This document shows positions 52,388 through 62,569 of a stretch of DNA of 64,000 nucleotides, piece by piece. This DNA is from a candidate division WOR-3 bacterium (lineage in GTDB: Bacteria > Hydrothermota > Tepidihabitantia > Tepidihabitantales > Tepidihabitantaceae): contig CBFGKH010000002.1 of the NCBI GenBank assembly GCA_965649295.1, forward strand, positions 192,001-256,000. The letters are read 5' to 3'. Below the pieces are notes generated by a model that searched no databases, had not been told where the DNA came from, and worked only from the letters and a program-made list of their open reading frames with translations. Position 1 is the first letter of the stretch. Each line of letters starts with the position of its first letter. The position numbers were made by a program, and so were the translations under genes.

Positions 52388-54887
52388 GAGAGCCGATCAA
52401 ACCCCGGAACGTACGCGCGTCGCTTACCCGGCTCGCGAGATCGAGCAGCGGTGGCAGCAATACTGGAACGAACAGCAGACCTTCCGTACCAACCCTGATC
52501 CGAGCCGCAAGTTCTATGTGCTGGTGATGTTCTTCTATCCGTCGGGCGATGTCCACATGGGGCACTGCCGCAACTATGTCATCGGCGATGTGTTGTGTCG
52601 GTTTCGCAAGATGCAGGGCTACGATGTGCTCCATCCATTCGGCTGGGACGCGTTTGGGCTGCCGGCCGAGAACGCGGCAATTGCCCATGGTAATCACCCA
52701 AGCTACTGGACGTTCAAGTCAATCGAAACTGCCCGGCGCAGCTTGAAGCTGTTGGGTATCGGCTATGACTGGGAACGGGAGGTGACGACCTGTCTGCCTG
52801 AGTACTACCGCTGGAACCAGTGGTTGTTTCTGCGGTTCTGGGAACGGGGTCTGGCCTATCGCAAGGAGGCGCAGGTCAACTGGTGTCCCCAGTGTCAGAC
52901 TGTGTTGGCAAACGAGCAAGTAAACGATGGGGTCTGCTACCGCTGTAAGGCGGTTGTCGGCAAGCGGAAACTGGCCCAGTGGTTTCTGCGTATCACCAAT
53001 TATGCCGAGGAGCTGCTGCGGGGCATTGACGAGCTAACAGCCTGGCCAGAACCGGTGCGGGTGATGCAGCGAAACTGGATCGGCCGGTCCGAAGGCGTTG
53101 AGGTTGACTTTACGCTCGAAGGGTCGAACGAGAAGATACCGATCTTCACCACTCGGCCGGACACTCTTTATGGGGTGACGTTTCTCGCCCTAGCACCAGA
53201 CGCACCACTGGCGGAGACGATTGCCAAAGGTACCGAACAGGCGGCGGCGGTTGCCGAGTTCTGCCAGCGGGTGGTAATGCGGCCGGAGATTGAGCGGATT
53301 GCCGCGACCGGTGACAAGGAGGGTGTCTTCACCGGTCGCTATGCGGTCAACCCATTGACCGGTGACCGCGTGCCGATCTATGTCGCCGATTTCGTGCTCG
53401 CGTCCTATGGCACGGGGATGATTATGGCGGTGCCGGCCCACGACCAGCGTGACTTTGAGTTTGCGCGTAAGTATGGAATTCCGATCAAGGTTGTGATTCA
53501 GCCGGCGGACCGGGTGCTCAGGCCGGAGGAGATGACAGCGGCATTCACGGAAGTGGGGACGATGGTCAATTCGGGGCAGTTTGATGGTCTGCGGTCAGAC
53601 GAAGGCGTTAGCCGGGTGACCGATTATCTGGTCGAGCACGGGCTCGGCCGCCGGACAGTGAACTACCGGCTGAAGGACTGGCTCGTGTCGCGGCAGCGCT
53701 ACTGGGGTACGCCAATTCCGATGATTCACTGCGAGCGGTGCGGGATTGTGCCGGTACCGGATGAGCAGTTGCCGGTTCTGCTGCCGGAGACGGTGAAAGA
53801 CTTCAAACCCAAGGGCAAGTCAGTGCTGGCCGGTGTGCCGGAGTTCTACGAGACGAGCTGTCCTCGGTGTGAAGGCGCGGCCCATCGTGACCCGGATACG
53901 ATGGATACCTTCGTTGACTCGTCCTGGTACCATCTGCGCTACACCGATGCCCACAACGACAAGCTACCGTTCCGCAAGTCTGAGGCAGACAAGTGGCTGC
54001 CGATTGATGAGTATATCGGCGGCATTGAGCACGCAACCGGCCATCTGATCTTCTTCCGGTTCTTCACGCGAGCGCTGCACGACATGGGCATGGTCGGTGT
54101 CAAGGAGCCGTGCCGGGTGCTGCACACGCAGGGCATGGTCAGCCTCAATGGCGTGACGATGTCGAGCTCAAAGAACGTCGGTGTCTGGGTGGGGCCGTTT
54201 GTCGAGAGCCAGGGCGCGGACATTGCGCGGATTACAATTCTCTTTGCCGCGCCGCCGGAGAAGCCGATGGACTGGACTGACGATCTAGTCACCGGTAGCA
54301 CCCGGTTCCTCAACCGACTGTGGCGGCTCTACGAGGAGAATCTCGGGGTGGTGCGGTTCGAGCCGCCAGACACCGAGCGACTGTCAACGGCCGAGCGGCA
54401 GCTCTATATCCGGCTTAATCAGACCCATCAGAAGGTCATCCATGATGCGGAGGCATTTCAGTTCAACACGGCAATTGCTGCGCAGATGGAGTTTCTCAAT
54501 GACCTCTGCGCGTTTGCAGACCGCCAGTCGCCGGTCTTCGGCTTTGCTCTGGGGCGGCTTATCTATCTACTGGCGCCGTTTGCGCCGCATCTGGCCGAAG
54601 AACTCTGGCACCGGGCCAGGCCGGCTGCAGGTTCATTGTTCAACGAACGATTTCCGGACTACGACAGTCGGTTCTTAGCATTCGACGAGATGGAGATACC
54701 GGTGCAGATTGACGGTCGGCTGCGGGGTAAGGTGACGGTGGCACGCGGTGCTGATGACGAGACCGTCAAGCAGACCGCGTTGGCCGCACCAGCAATTGCC
54801 GGACTTTTGGCCGGCCGCCAGGTTGTCAAAGTTATCTATGTCAAGAATCGGCTCGTGAGTGTCGTTACTGCCGAGGAGGCGAAATGA
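52380..54887 (+). CDS. leuS: Leucine--tRNA ligase
   Basis: MFFYPSG..HMGH.RNY, GWDAFGLPAENAA, FTTRPDT, VPAHDQRD, SRQRYWG.PIP, DTMDTF.DSSWY, YIGGIEHA. Confidence 0.98.
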   Translation: MSERADQTPERTRVAYPAREIEQRWQQYWNEQQTFRTNPDPSRKFYVLVMFFYPSGDVHMGHCRNYVIGDVLCRFRKMQGYDVLHPFGWDAFGLPAENAAIAHGNHPSYWTFKSIETARRSLKLLGIGYDWEREVTTCLPEYYRWNQWLFLRFWERGLAYRKEAQVNWCPQCQTVLANEQVNDGVCYRCKAVVGKRKLAQWFLRITNYAEELLRGIDELTAWPEPVRVMQRNWIGRSEGVEVDFTLEGSNEKIPIFTTRPDTLYGVTFLALAPDAPLAETIAKGTEQAAAVAEFCQRVVMRPEIERIAATGDKEGVFTGRYAVNPLTGDRVPIYVADFVLASYGTGMIMAVPAHDQRDFEFARKYGIPIKVVIQPADRVLRPEEMTAAFTEVGTMVNSGQFDGLRSDEGVSRVTDYLVEHGLGRRTVNYRLKDWLVSRQRYWGTPIPMIHCERCGIVPVPDEQLPVLLPETVKDFKPKGKSVLAGVPEFYETSCPRCEGAAHRDPDTMDTFVDSSWYHLRYTDAHNDKLPFRKSEADKWLPIDEYIGGIEHATGHLIFFRFFTRALHDMGMVGVKEPCRVLHTQGMVSLNGVTMSSSKNVGVWVGPFVESQGADIARITILFAAPPEKPMDWTDDLVTGSTRFLNRLWRLYEENLGVVRFEPPDTERLSTAERQLYIRLNQTHQKVIHDAEAFQFNTAIAAQMEFLNDLCAFADRQSPVFGFALGRLIYLLAPFAPHLAEELWHRARPAAGSLFNERFPDYDSRFLAFDEMEIPVQIDGRLRGKVTVARGADDETVKQTALAAPAIAGLLAGRQVVKVIYVKNRLVSVVTAEEAK

Positions 54888-55288
54888 GGACAATCCTCTG
54901 GTTGGGCGTGTTGATTGTCGTTGGGCTGCTTGGCTACCTGCTGCACGGCTTCATCGAGCGGCGCAAGGCCCAGGTTGAGTACTACTACTACGAGGTCAGT
55001 GCCGACGTCATTGCCCGCTATTCGGCTGAGGCGGACTCACTGGAGCAGGTTGCCAACCGGTTGCGGCAGCGACTCGATTCTGCTGGGCTATTGCGGCGGG
55101 CGGCAGTCCGGCAGCATCTGACCCTGGTTGAAGACGAGATTGCCGCACTACGGCGAACAATTGAGCTCTGGCGCAAGTCGCGACCGGGCCGGGCTGGTAT
55201 TGATCTCTACCGTCAGGTAGTACTACTCTACGGCGAGGCGTTGGCAGCAGCTCGGGCCTTGGCCGCTGATACCCTAGCGGATCGCTGA
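54884..55288 (+). CDS. Membrane-anchored coiled-coil hypothetical protein (paralog 1)
   Basis: N-terminal TM helix; ATGA overlap with leuS; similar to the next gene. Confidence 0.8.
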   Translation: MRTILWLGVLIVVGLLGYLLHGFIERRKAQVEYYYYEVSADVIARYSAEADSLEQVANRLRQRLDSAGLLRRAAVRQHLTLVEDEIAALRRTIELWRKSRPGRAGIDLYRQVVLLYGEALAAARALAADTLADR

Positions 55289-55294
55289 GGCAAG

Positions 55295-55693
55295 ATGAAA
55301 GCGATATTCTGGCTGCTACTACTGATTTTTGTCGGACTACTGGGCTGGTTGAGCTATGACTTCATCGTCAACCGCCGGGCCCAGGCCGATGTCGTGCGGT
55401 TTGATTCTCACCCGGATTCAATCGCGGCCTATCAACAGCGACTGGCCGAGCTTGAGGCCCGAGCCGAGTCGCTCCGCCAGCGATTCAACGCGACCAACAT
55501 TCTGCGCCGGCCAGCGGTCAATGCCCGGCTGATGCAGCTTGAGGAGGATATCGCGGCTCTGCGGCGGGCGATCGAGGCTTGGGAAGCAGCCAGTCGCAGC
55601 ACCGACCTGTATCGTCAGTGCATTCTGATGTACGGCAAGGCCTCCGGTGTCTGCGATGCCCTTGCTTTGGATACGCTGCCGATCAGCGAGTAG
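55295..55693 (+). CDS. Membrane-anchored coiled-coil hypothetical protein (paralog 2)
   Basis: Shares VGLLG.L...FI..R.AQ, LRQR, IAALRR.IE.W, DLYRQ...YG.A, LA.DTL with 54884..55288. Confidence 0.8.
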   Translation: MKAIFWLLLLIFVGLLGWLSYDFIVNRRAQADVVRFDSHPDSIAAYQQRLAELEARAESLRQRFNATNILRRPAVNARLMQLEEDIAALRRAIEAWEAASRSTDLYRQCILMYGKASGVCDALALDTLPISE

Positions 55694-57226
55694 TTGTTGG
55701 ATCGAGTCCTCGTTCTTGATTTCGGGTCCCAGTACAACCAGCTCATTGCTCGGCGGGTGCGCGAGCTTTCGGTTTACTCCGAGATCGTCCGGCACGATAT
55801 TACCGCCGAGGAAATACTGGCCCGGGGCGCGCGGGCGCTGATTCTTTCGGGCGGGCCGGCTAGCGTTCGGCAACCGCGGCCGCCGCTGCCCGACCCGGCA
55901 ATCTTCAACATCGGCGTGCCGGTCTTGGGTATCTGCTATGGGATGCAGGCCATGGCCCGGTTACTCGGTGGCCGCGTTGTGACTGGCGAGAAGCGGGAGT
56001 ATGGTTTTGCCCAGGTGCAGGTGGTGGGGAAGTCGCCGCTGTTCGCCGGCCTTGGGCAAAGGTTTCAGGCCTGGATGAGCCACGGCGATACCGTCACCAG
56101 TCTGCCCAAAGGGTTCCGCGTCATTGGCCGCACCGCCAGCATCAATTGCGCCGCGTTTGCCGACGACTCCCGGCGCAGCTATGGAGTCCAGTTCCATCCC
56201 GAAGTGGAGCACACGCCGCTTGGCCGGCAGCTACTCGCCAACTTCGTGCTCAAGATTGCCGGCGCCGAGCCGAACTGGACGATGCAGTCGTTCATCCGCG
56301 AGAAAGTTGCGGAGATTGCCGCTCGCGTTGGTCAGGAGAAAGTCCTCTGCGCAGTCTCGGGCGGCGTTGATTCTTCGGTAATGGCGGCCTTGCTGGCAAG
56401 AGCAGTCGGCCGCCGGCTCGTGGCTGTCTTTGTGGATAACGGGCTACTCCGGAAGGGTGAGGCCGGACAGGTGCGTAGGGCGCTTGGCTCACGACTCGGG
56501 CTTGTTGTCGTGGATGCCCGCGAACGATTTCTTGCCCGGCTGCGTGGTGTTACCAACCCCGAACGCAAACGCCGAATTATCGGCCATGAGTTCATCCGGG
56601 TTTTTGAGGAGCAGGCAGCAAAGTATGGGCCGATACGGTTCCTCGCTCAGGGCACGCTCTACCCTGACCTGATTGAGTCGCGCTCAGCCTTCGGTGGCCC
56701 ATCGGCAACGATCAAGACCCATCATAACGTTGGCGGTCTGCCCAAGAAGATGCGGCTGGAACTGATTGAGCCGCTGCGGGAACTGTTCAAGGACGAGGTG
56801 CGCGAACTGGGCCGGGCGCTCGGGCTGCCTGATGAGCTGATTCACCGGCACCCGTTTCCCGGGCCCGGGCTGGCAGTGCGGGTGCTTGGTGCGGTGACCG
56901 CGGAGCGGGTGCGACTGCTGCAGGAAGCCGACGCCATCTTCATCGCCGAACTGCGCCAGCAAGGGCTTTATGACAAAGTCTGGCAGGCGCTGGCAGTGTT
57001 ACTGCCGGTCCGGTCGGTCGGGGTGATGGGCGACGAACGAACCTACGAGAACGTTATCGCCCTGCGGGCTGTCACTTCGACCGACGCGATGACCGCGGAC
57101 TGGGCGCGGCTGCCTAGTGACTTTCTCGCGCGGGTGAGCAACCGCATCATCAATGAGATTCGCGGCATCAACCGCGTCGTTTACGACATCTCGTCCAAGC
57201 CGCCGGCAACAATTGAGTGGGAATAG
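55694..57226 (+). CDS. guaA: GMP synthase (glutamine-hydrolysing)
   Basis: [56 protein letters not shown]. Confidence 0.98.
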   Translation: MLDRVLVLDFGSQYNQLIARRVRELSVYSEIVRHDITAEEILARGARALILSGGPASVRQPRPPLPDPAIFNIGVPVLGICYGMQAMARLLGGRVVTGEKREYGFAQVQVVGKSPLFAGLGQRFQAWMSHGDTVTSLPKGFRVIGRTASINCAAFADDSRRSYGVQFHPEVEHTPLGRQLLANFVLKIAGAEPNWTMQSFIREKVAEIAARVGQEKVLCAVSGGVDSSVMAALLARAVGRRLVAVFVDNGLLRKGEAGQVRRALGSRLGLVVVDARERFLARLRGVTNPERKRRIIGHEFIRVFEEQAAKYGPIRFLAQGTLYPDLIESRSAFGGPSATIKTHHNVGGLPKKMRLELIEPLRELFKDEVRELGRALGLPDELIHRHPFPGPGLAVRVLGAVTAERVRLLQEADAIFIAELRQQGLYDKVWQALAVLLPVRSVGVMGDERTYENVIALRAVTSTDAMTADWARLPSDFLARVSNRIINEIRGINRVVYDISSKPPATIEWE

Positions 57227-57367
57227 GCGGCCCCTGTCGGACGGCCGGGCGCAAGTTTCTTGGTAGCGGTTGACCGGTGACTTGACACGAGGGTAGGGAG
57301 TGCTACAGTAAGCCGTGCTGTCGTCAGGGGAGCGTTCGCATTTGTCCGCGATGGCCAGGGGTCAGTG

Positions 57368-60133
57368 ATGACTGGACCTTGGTGGTCCTTACTTAGTTAC
57401 ACCGCGTTTCTCACCTACCTGGTGCTCGCAGTCGTGGTACTGCGGCGGGGGCCACGTGCGGCTCTCAACTGGTCGTGTGCGCTCTTTCTATTGGCGCTTG
57501 CCTGCTGGAGCCTCGAGGATGTCTTTCACGGTAATCCGGCGCTGGCCGAAAACTATGTCCGAATGTTCTCACACATCGGCACGGTCGGCCGGGCCAGCGG
57601 CGGCAGCCTCTTTCTCTGGTTTGTTCTCCTGCTGACAGGGCGCGAGTGGCTTCTCCGTCGCTGGTGGCTCTACCCCTTGCTGATTGGTGCGCCAGTCGCG
57701 TTTGCGGTCGGACTCTGGACCGGCGCGTTTCCGGCGGTAGCAAGGCTTCACAGTTTCGGCTGGGTTGTCTTCTGGCCGAACTCGGCTTGGTCGGTTGCCT
57801 ACTACGGCTATCTCGTGCTTACCTTGACAATTGCCATCGGCCTGCTCTGGCAGGCCCGGCAGCGGGCGACCGAACCGAACGTCCGGCGTCGGCTCGGTTT
57901 GATTATTGCCACAACGGTACTGGCGTTCTTGCTGGCGGTGCTCTTTGATGTGGTGCTCTCTTCGTCGCCGCGGCCGCTGCCCGAACTCGGGAGTTCGCTG
58001 GCGCTTATCTGGGCAATCGGTCTGACCGTGAGCATGACCCGACATGGACTCTTGGCGGTCGAGCCGGAGAGGGCAGCACGGGAGACATTGGCAACGATTC
58101 CCGATGCGGTGCTACTGCTCGGTGCTGATGGCCGAATCAGCTCGGCCAATCCGGCTCTTGCCGGGCTGACCGGCCAACCGGTTGAGGCCGCTATCGGTCG
58201 TCCGGTGACCGAGCTGTTCACTCATCCCGAACTGGCGGCTGAAGAACTGGCCGAGACCTGGGTCGCGCAGCGGCGGCGGACGTTCGCGCTGGAGTGCCGG
58301 GCCGCTGACGGTTCGGTTGTGCCGGTGAGTGTCAAGGATCAGGCGATTCGGGCCGGCAAGCGGCTGGTCGGCGCGGTTTGGATACTGCACGACGAGCGCG
58401 ACCGGGTCCAGGCCGAGCTGGCACGACGGGTCAGCGCCGAAAACTACCGTTCCTTTGTCCAGAACTTTGCCGGCATTGCCTTTGAGGCCGATCTTGACTT
58501 CCGAATCCGGTTCCTGCACGGTGCGGTGCGCGAGATTACCGGGTATGATGCGGCCGAGTTTGAATCAGGGCGGGTGCGCTGGCGGGACATCATCCATCCT
58601 GACGATGTGGCACGGCTGCGGGCCGGTACCAAGCGGCTGCGCACCGTGGCCAACTGTACGGTGGTGCGTGACTATCGCATCATTCGTCAGGACGGTTCGA
58701 TTGGCTGGGTGCAGGAGCGGCTCTGGAATGTCACCGGCCCGGATGGCCAGCCGGTTCGCATCCACGGCACGGTGACCGACGTGACCGAGCAGCGGCGCAC
58801 CATGGAAGAACTTGCTGAACTCAACCGGTTTCGAGCGAGCATCATTGATAACGCGAACATCCTCTTGGTGGTCGTTGACCCCGAGATGCGGGTTGTGGTT
58901 TGGAACAAGGCGGCAGAGCGGATTACCGGCTACCAGCAGGCGGAGGTGGTCGGTCGGGTGGATATCTGGCGGCGACTATTCCCGGACGAAGGAGAGCGCC
59001 GGCGCTTGCAGGCGGAGAATCGGTCGTTCATCGAGCAGGGGCTGGCGCGGAGCAATGTTGACGCGCCAATCGTCTGTGCCGATGGCCGGCAGCGGGAGGT
59101 CAACTGGACGTTTCAGCCGATGGTCGGGCCTGACGGCAAGTTGAGCAACTTTGTGATGCTGGGCGAGGATGTGACCGAGCTGCGGCAGGCTCAGCGGGAG
59201 CAGGACCGGCATCTTCGGGACCTGACGTTGCTTGCCCAGACCGCGATGGAGCTGACCGACATCGCGCTGGAGGCCGATATCTACGGGCTTGTTGCCGAGC
59301 GGCTGCAGCAGTTGACCGGCGCGGCGCTGGTCTTTGTCAATACCTTTGACGCGGCCACGAGCCTACTGACGGTTCGCGCTGCGTTTGGGCTTGACGCAAA
59401 GCAGGCGACCGGACTTATCGGTCAGCCGCCGTTTGGTTTCACCATTAGGATTGACGCCGAACGGCGCGAGCTGCTGCGCAGCGGGACGTTGGTCCCGATA
59501 CCCGGCGGGCTGCGTCAGGTGGGCACGGGCGTGCTGCCCGACATTGCCTGTCAGGTCCTGGAGCAGTTCTATGGACTGGGCCAGGCGTATGCAATCGGCT
59601 TTGTCTGGCAGGGCGAGCTCGTGGGCAATGCCATCATCCTGCTGCCGGCCGGCGCGAAGCTTACTGACCCGAGTGCGGTGGAAGCGCTGGTCCGGCAGGC
59701 GGCCAGTGCGATGCGCCGCCGCGCTGCCGAGGCAGCCTTGCGCGAGAGCGAGCAGCGCTACCGGGCCGTGGTTGAGAATGCCGGAGACGGGATTGCGATT
59801 GTTCAGGACGGCTTGGTCGTCTATGCCAACCCCAGTCTCTGTCGGCTGGCCGGCCGCGAGCCGGCCGAGGTTATCAACCGGCCTTTCACCGAGTTTCTGG
59901 CAGCAGAAAGCCGGGCAACGGTTCTCGACTACTACCAACGCCGGATGGCGGGTGAGGCGGTGCCGGCCGACTATCAGGCGGTGCTTGGTCTTGCTGACCT
60001 TCGGGCCAATGTCGAAATCAGTGCCCGAGTGATAGACTACGGTGGCAGGCCGGCTGACCTCGTGGTCGTGCGCGGTGTTGGTCTGGCGGCGCGGTCAGCT
60101 AGCGCGGCTTCTCACCAAAAACCTGACCGGTAA
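57368..60133 (+). CDS. 7TM (HisKA_7TM-like) membrane sensor with four PAS domains and a GAF-like domain; no output domain
   Basis: About seven TM helices; IPDAV..ANPA, IIHPDD, WNKAAERITGY, YANP; ends right after the last PAS. Confidence 0.85.
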   Translation: MTGPWWSLLSYTAFLTYLVLAVVVLRRGPRAALNWSCALFLLALACWSLEDVFHGNPALAENYVRMFSHIGTVGRASGGSLFLWFVLLLTGREWLLRRWWLYPLLIGAPVAFAVGLWTGAFPAVARLHSFGWVVFWPNSAWSVAYYGYLVLTLTIAIGLLWQARQRATEPNVRRRLGLIIATTVLAFLLAVLFDVVLSSSPRPLPELGSSLALIWAIGLTVSMTRHGLLAVEPERAARETLATIPDAVLLLGADGRISSANPALAGLTGQPVEAAIGRPVTELFTHPELAAEELAETWVAQRRRTFALECRAADGSVVPVSVKDQAIRAGKRLVGAVWILHDERDRVQAELARRVSAENYRSFVQNFAGIAFEADLDFRIRFLHGAVREITGYDAAEFESGRVRWRDIIHPDDVARLRAGTKRLRTVANCTVVRDYRIIRQDGSIGWVQERLWNVTGPDGQPVRIHGTVTDVTEQRRTMEELAELNRFRASIIDNANILLVVVDPEMRVVVWNKAAERITGYQQAEVVGRVDIWRRLFPDEGERRRLQAENRSFIEQGLARSNVDAPIVCADGRQREVNWTFQPMVGPDGKLSNFVMLGEDVTELRQAQREQDRHLRDLTLLAQTAMELTDIALEADIYGLVAERLQQLTGAALVFVNTFDAATSLLTVRAAFGLDAKQATGLIGQPPFGFTIRIDAERRELLRSGTLVPIPGGLRQVGTGVLPDIACQVLEQFYGLGQAYAIGFVWQGELVGNAIILLPAGAKLTDPSAVEALVRQAASAMRRRAAEAALRESEQRYRAVVENAGDGIAIVQDGLVVYANPSLCRLAGREPAEVINRPFTEFLAAESRATVLDYYQRRMAGEAVPADYQAVLGLADLRANVEISARVIDYGGRPADLVVVRGVGLAARSASAASHQKPDR

Positions 60134-61613
60134 AGACAAAGAGCTGGGCGTCTTTGTCGAGGTAGGCGTTGCGCGGCAGTCCGGCTTTGAGGCAGGTGTG
60201 TTCGAGGAATTGCTGGCGGTTCCAGCCCTGTTCAACCGGCACCTGGGGCAGTAGCAGGCCGGAGCGGTAGCCCTTGCGAATGACGAGACCGTGCTTGCCG
60301 ACGACGACTGACTCGGGCGAGGCAATGGGCCGCAGCGGACTGAGGACGGTGATTTCGATGTCAATTGCCCCAAGCTCATCGGGTTTGACCGGAGAAAAGC
60401 GCGGGTCCTCGGTTGCCGCGGCGATGGCCATGTCGCGGACTGCCTGATACAACGGCTTATAGGCCTCGACATAGCCGATGCAACCGCGCAGCTCGCCACC
60501 TTTGTGCAGGGTGACAAAGACACCGCGCGGCTCGCGGAGTCGCTCGGTCACCGCCTCCGGTTCGGGCACGGCCTGACCGCGGACGTGGCTTTCGATTGTC
60601 GTGCGGGCAATTCGCAACAGACTCTGCTGCTCTTGGGGGGTCAGCTCGTCGCCGTGCTCGTCAGCGGGCTTGCCTTTGGCGGCGATGAACGCCACCGCGC
60701 TGTAGCCGACGCAGTAGCCGCCCCGTTCGCCGATGACATCGTTCGAATTGGTCTGACCGAGCAATACCGCCCGGCCCGCACCCAGTTCCCGGGCCGCGAC
60801 CTCTACCGTCACGACCGCATAGCCGCCGCAGGCTTGGGCCGCGTCGGTGGCGAGCTTGTCGTAGAGCGCTTTCGGGTTGAAGTCGAGAATCGCCTTCACC
60901 GTGACGCTGTCAATTGCCCGGGCCGCAGTGTAGGACTCGCCGTGGTAGAGGTCGGTTGAGGCAACGAGGACAACCTGCCGGCCTTGGCTCGCAGCAGCAA
61001 TCGCCCGGCCGAGTTCCTGACACTCCCCAAAGGTCGGCTGCAGCAGCATTATTGGCACGAGCTTGAAGCTGGCGATAACCCGCTGCAGAAACGGCAACTG
61101 GACCTCAATCGAGTGCTCGGCCGCATGGGCCTCGGGTAGCTCAGCCGCATAGGCGCACCGGCGGAGGATCTCCCGGGCCAGCTCCTCATCAATCGGTACG
61201 TCGCCAAGCGGGGTTCGCCACGCGCCGCGAGCATAGACCGCTGCCTTTCTAATCAACGCCCGGTGGCTCGTACCGACGATGATAACGGTGACGCCCTCGC
61301 GGCCGCGCAGCAGCCGAAAGGCGCGCGCCGCGGTTGGCCCGGAATAGGGATAGCCGGCATGGGGAACCTGAATTGCCACAATCTCGCCTTCAGCGGCCAG
61401 CGATTCGACCGCGGCCGCATTATCAATCAGCGCATCAACCATCGCGGCCAGTTGCCGACTCTCGGCCGGATAGAACTGGCCGGCTACTGCCGGTTGCCGA
61501 ATCATAGCCACCTCCTGCTTCGGGACCGGCGCAGCGCACGTTGCGGCCACAAGCAGTGCCAGCAACACCGGCACCGGCCGGGTGGGCTGGTGACGCTGGC
61601 TGATTGGCAGCAT
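60099..61613 (-). CDS. amrB: AmmeMemoRadiSam protein B (MEMO1-like) fused to protein A (AMMECR1-like)
   Basis: RQPAVAGQFYP, PHAGY.YSG, EHSIEVQLPFLQ, STDL.H, VGY; then GVFVTL..GELRGCIG, DPRF, GLLLPQV, KAGL; start 61613 or 61505. Confidence 0.92.
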   Translation of the reverse strand: MLPISQRHQPTRPVPVLLALLVAATCAAPVPKQEVAMIRQPAVAGQFYPAESRQLAAMVDALIDNAAAVESLAAEGEIVAIQVPHAGYPYSGPTAARAFRLLRGREGVTVIIVGTSHRALIRKAAVYARGAWRTPLGDVPIDEELAREILRRCAYAAELPEAHAAEHSIEVQLPFLQRVIASFKLVPIMLLQPTFGECQELGRAIAAASQGRQVVLVASTDLYHGESYTAARAIDSVTVKAILDFNPKALYDKLATDAAQACGGYAVVTVEVAARELGAGRAVLLGQTNSNDVIGERGGYCVGYSAVAFIAAKGKPADEHGDELTPQEQQSLLRIARTTIESHVRGQAVPEPEAVTERLREPRGVFVTLHKGGELRGCIGYVEAYKPLYQAVRDMAIAAATEDPRFSPVKPDELGAIDIEITVLSPLRPIASPESVVVGKHGLVIRKGYRSGLLLPQVPVEQGWNRQQFLEHTCLKAGLPRNAYLDKDAQLFVFTGQVFGEKPR

Positions 61614-62566
61614 CAGAGCTTGCTCCACTTGCCGCAACGGTCACCGTGGCGGTCAATAACAGTGTTCTCACGCAAGGTCTCAACCACCTCGCAACGGTTC
61701 GGACAGCCCTCACACTCAAAAGCTCGGGTCGAGAAGCCGATGTCGGCGACCGCAAACCCGGCAAAGCGCGACTCTTGATTAGCGGTTCGCTCGGCCGCGA
61801 GCAGGGCAGCGCCGAGTGCGCCCATTACCAAGAAGTGCTCGGGCACCACCACTTCCTGGCCGAGCATCTGTTCAAATGAACGGCGGACCCCGATATTGGC
61901 GGCCACCCCGCCCTGGAAAAGAATCGTCGGCTGGAGTTCTTTGCCTTTGGCCACCGTGTTCAGGTAGTTGCGGACAATCGCATCGCACAACCCGGCGATG
62001 ATATCCTCGGTGGCGATTCCGAGCTGGGCCTTGTGCACCATGTCGCTTTCGGCAAAAACGGTGCAGCGGCCAGCAATATTGACCCGATTCTTGGCCCGCA
62101 GGGCCAGCCCCCCAAACTCCTCAATCGGAATCCCGAGCCGGGTAGCCTGATGGTCAAGAAACGAGCCGGTGCCGGCAGCACAGACCGTATTCATCGCAAA
62201 GTCAACCGGAATGCCGTCGCGGAGAATGATAATCTTTGAGTCCTGCCCGCCAATCTCGATGACCGTTCTGACGTCGGGATAGAAGTGGCCGGCCGCGACC
62301 GCGTGGGCGATGATTTCGTTCTTGACGATATCGGCCTGAATCATCACTCCGGCAAGCCGTCGGGCCGAGCCGGTCGTGCCGGCACCGCGGATCCGGACAC
62401 CGTTGACCTGAGTACCAAGCTCGGCGAGCAGGGTGCGAATCGAGTTTATCGGATTGCCCTGAGTGCGCAGGTAGCGGGTGGCAATCACATTGAAGTCCCG
62501 GTCCAGCACCACCCCTTTGGTCGAAATCGAGCCGACGTCAATGCCGACAAAACCGTCGGTGGGCAT
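61613..62566 (-). CDS. 2-hydroxyacyl-CoA dehydratase activase (HgdC/BadF-type ASKHA ATPase)
   Basis: GIDVGSISTK, GTTGS, IEIGGQDSK, MNTVCAAGTGSFL, RCTVFAESD, QGGVAAN, C-terminal CEGCPNRC. Confidence 0.92.
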   Translation of the reverse strand: MPTDGFVGIDVGSISTKGVVLDRDFNVIATRYLRTQGNPINSIRTLLAELGTQVNGVRIRGAGTTGSARRLAGVMIQADIVKNEIIAHAVAAGHFYPDVRTVIEIGGQDSKIIILRDGIPVDFAMNTVCAAGTGSFLDHQATRLGIPIEEFGGLALRAKNRVNIAGRCTVFAESDMVHKAQLGIATEDIIAGLCDAIVRNYLNTVAKGKELQPTILFQGGVAANIGVRRSFEQMLGQEVVVPEHFLVMGALGAALLAAERTANQESRFAGFAVADIGFSTRAFECEGCPNRCEVVETLRENTVIDRHGDRCGKWSKL

Positions 62567-62569
62567 AAC

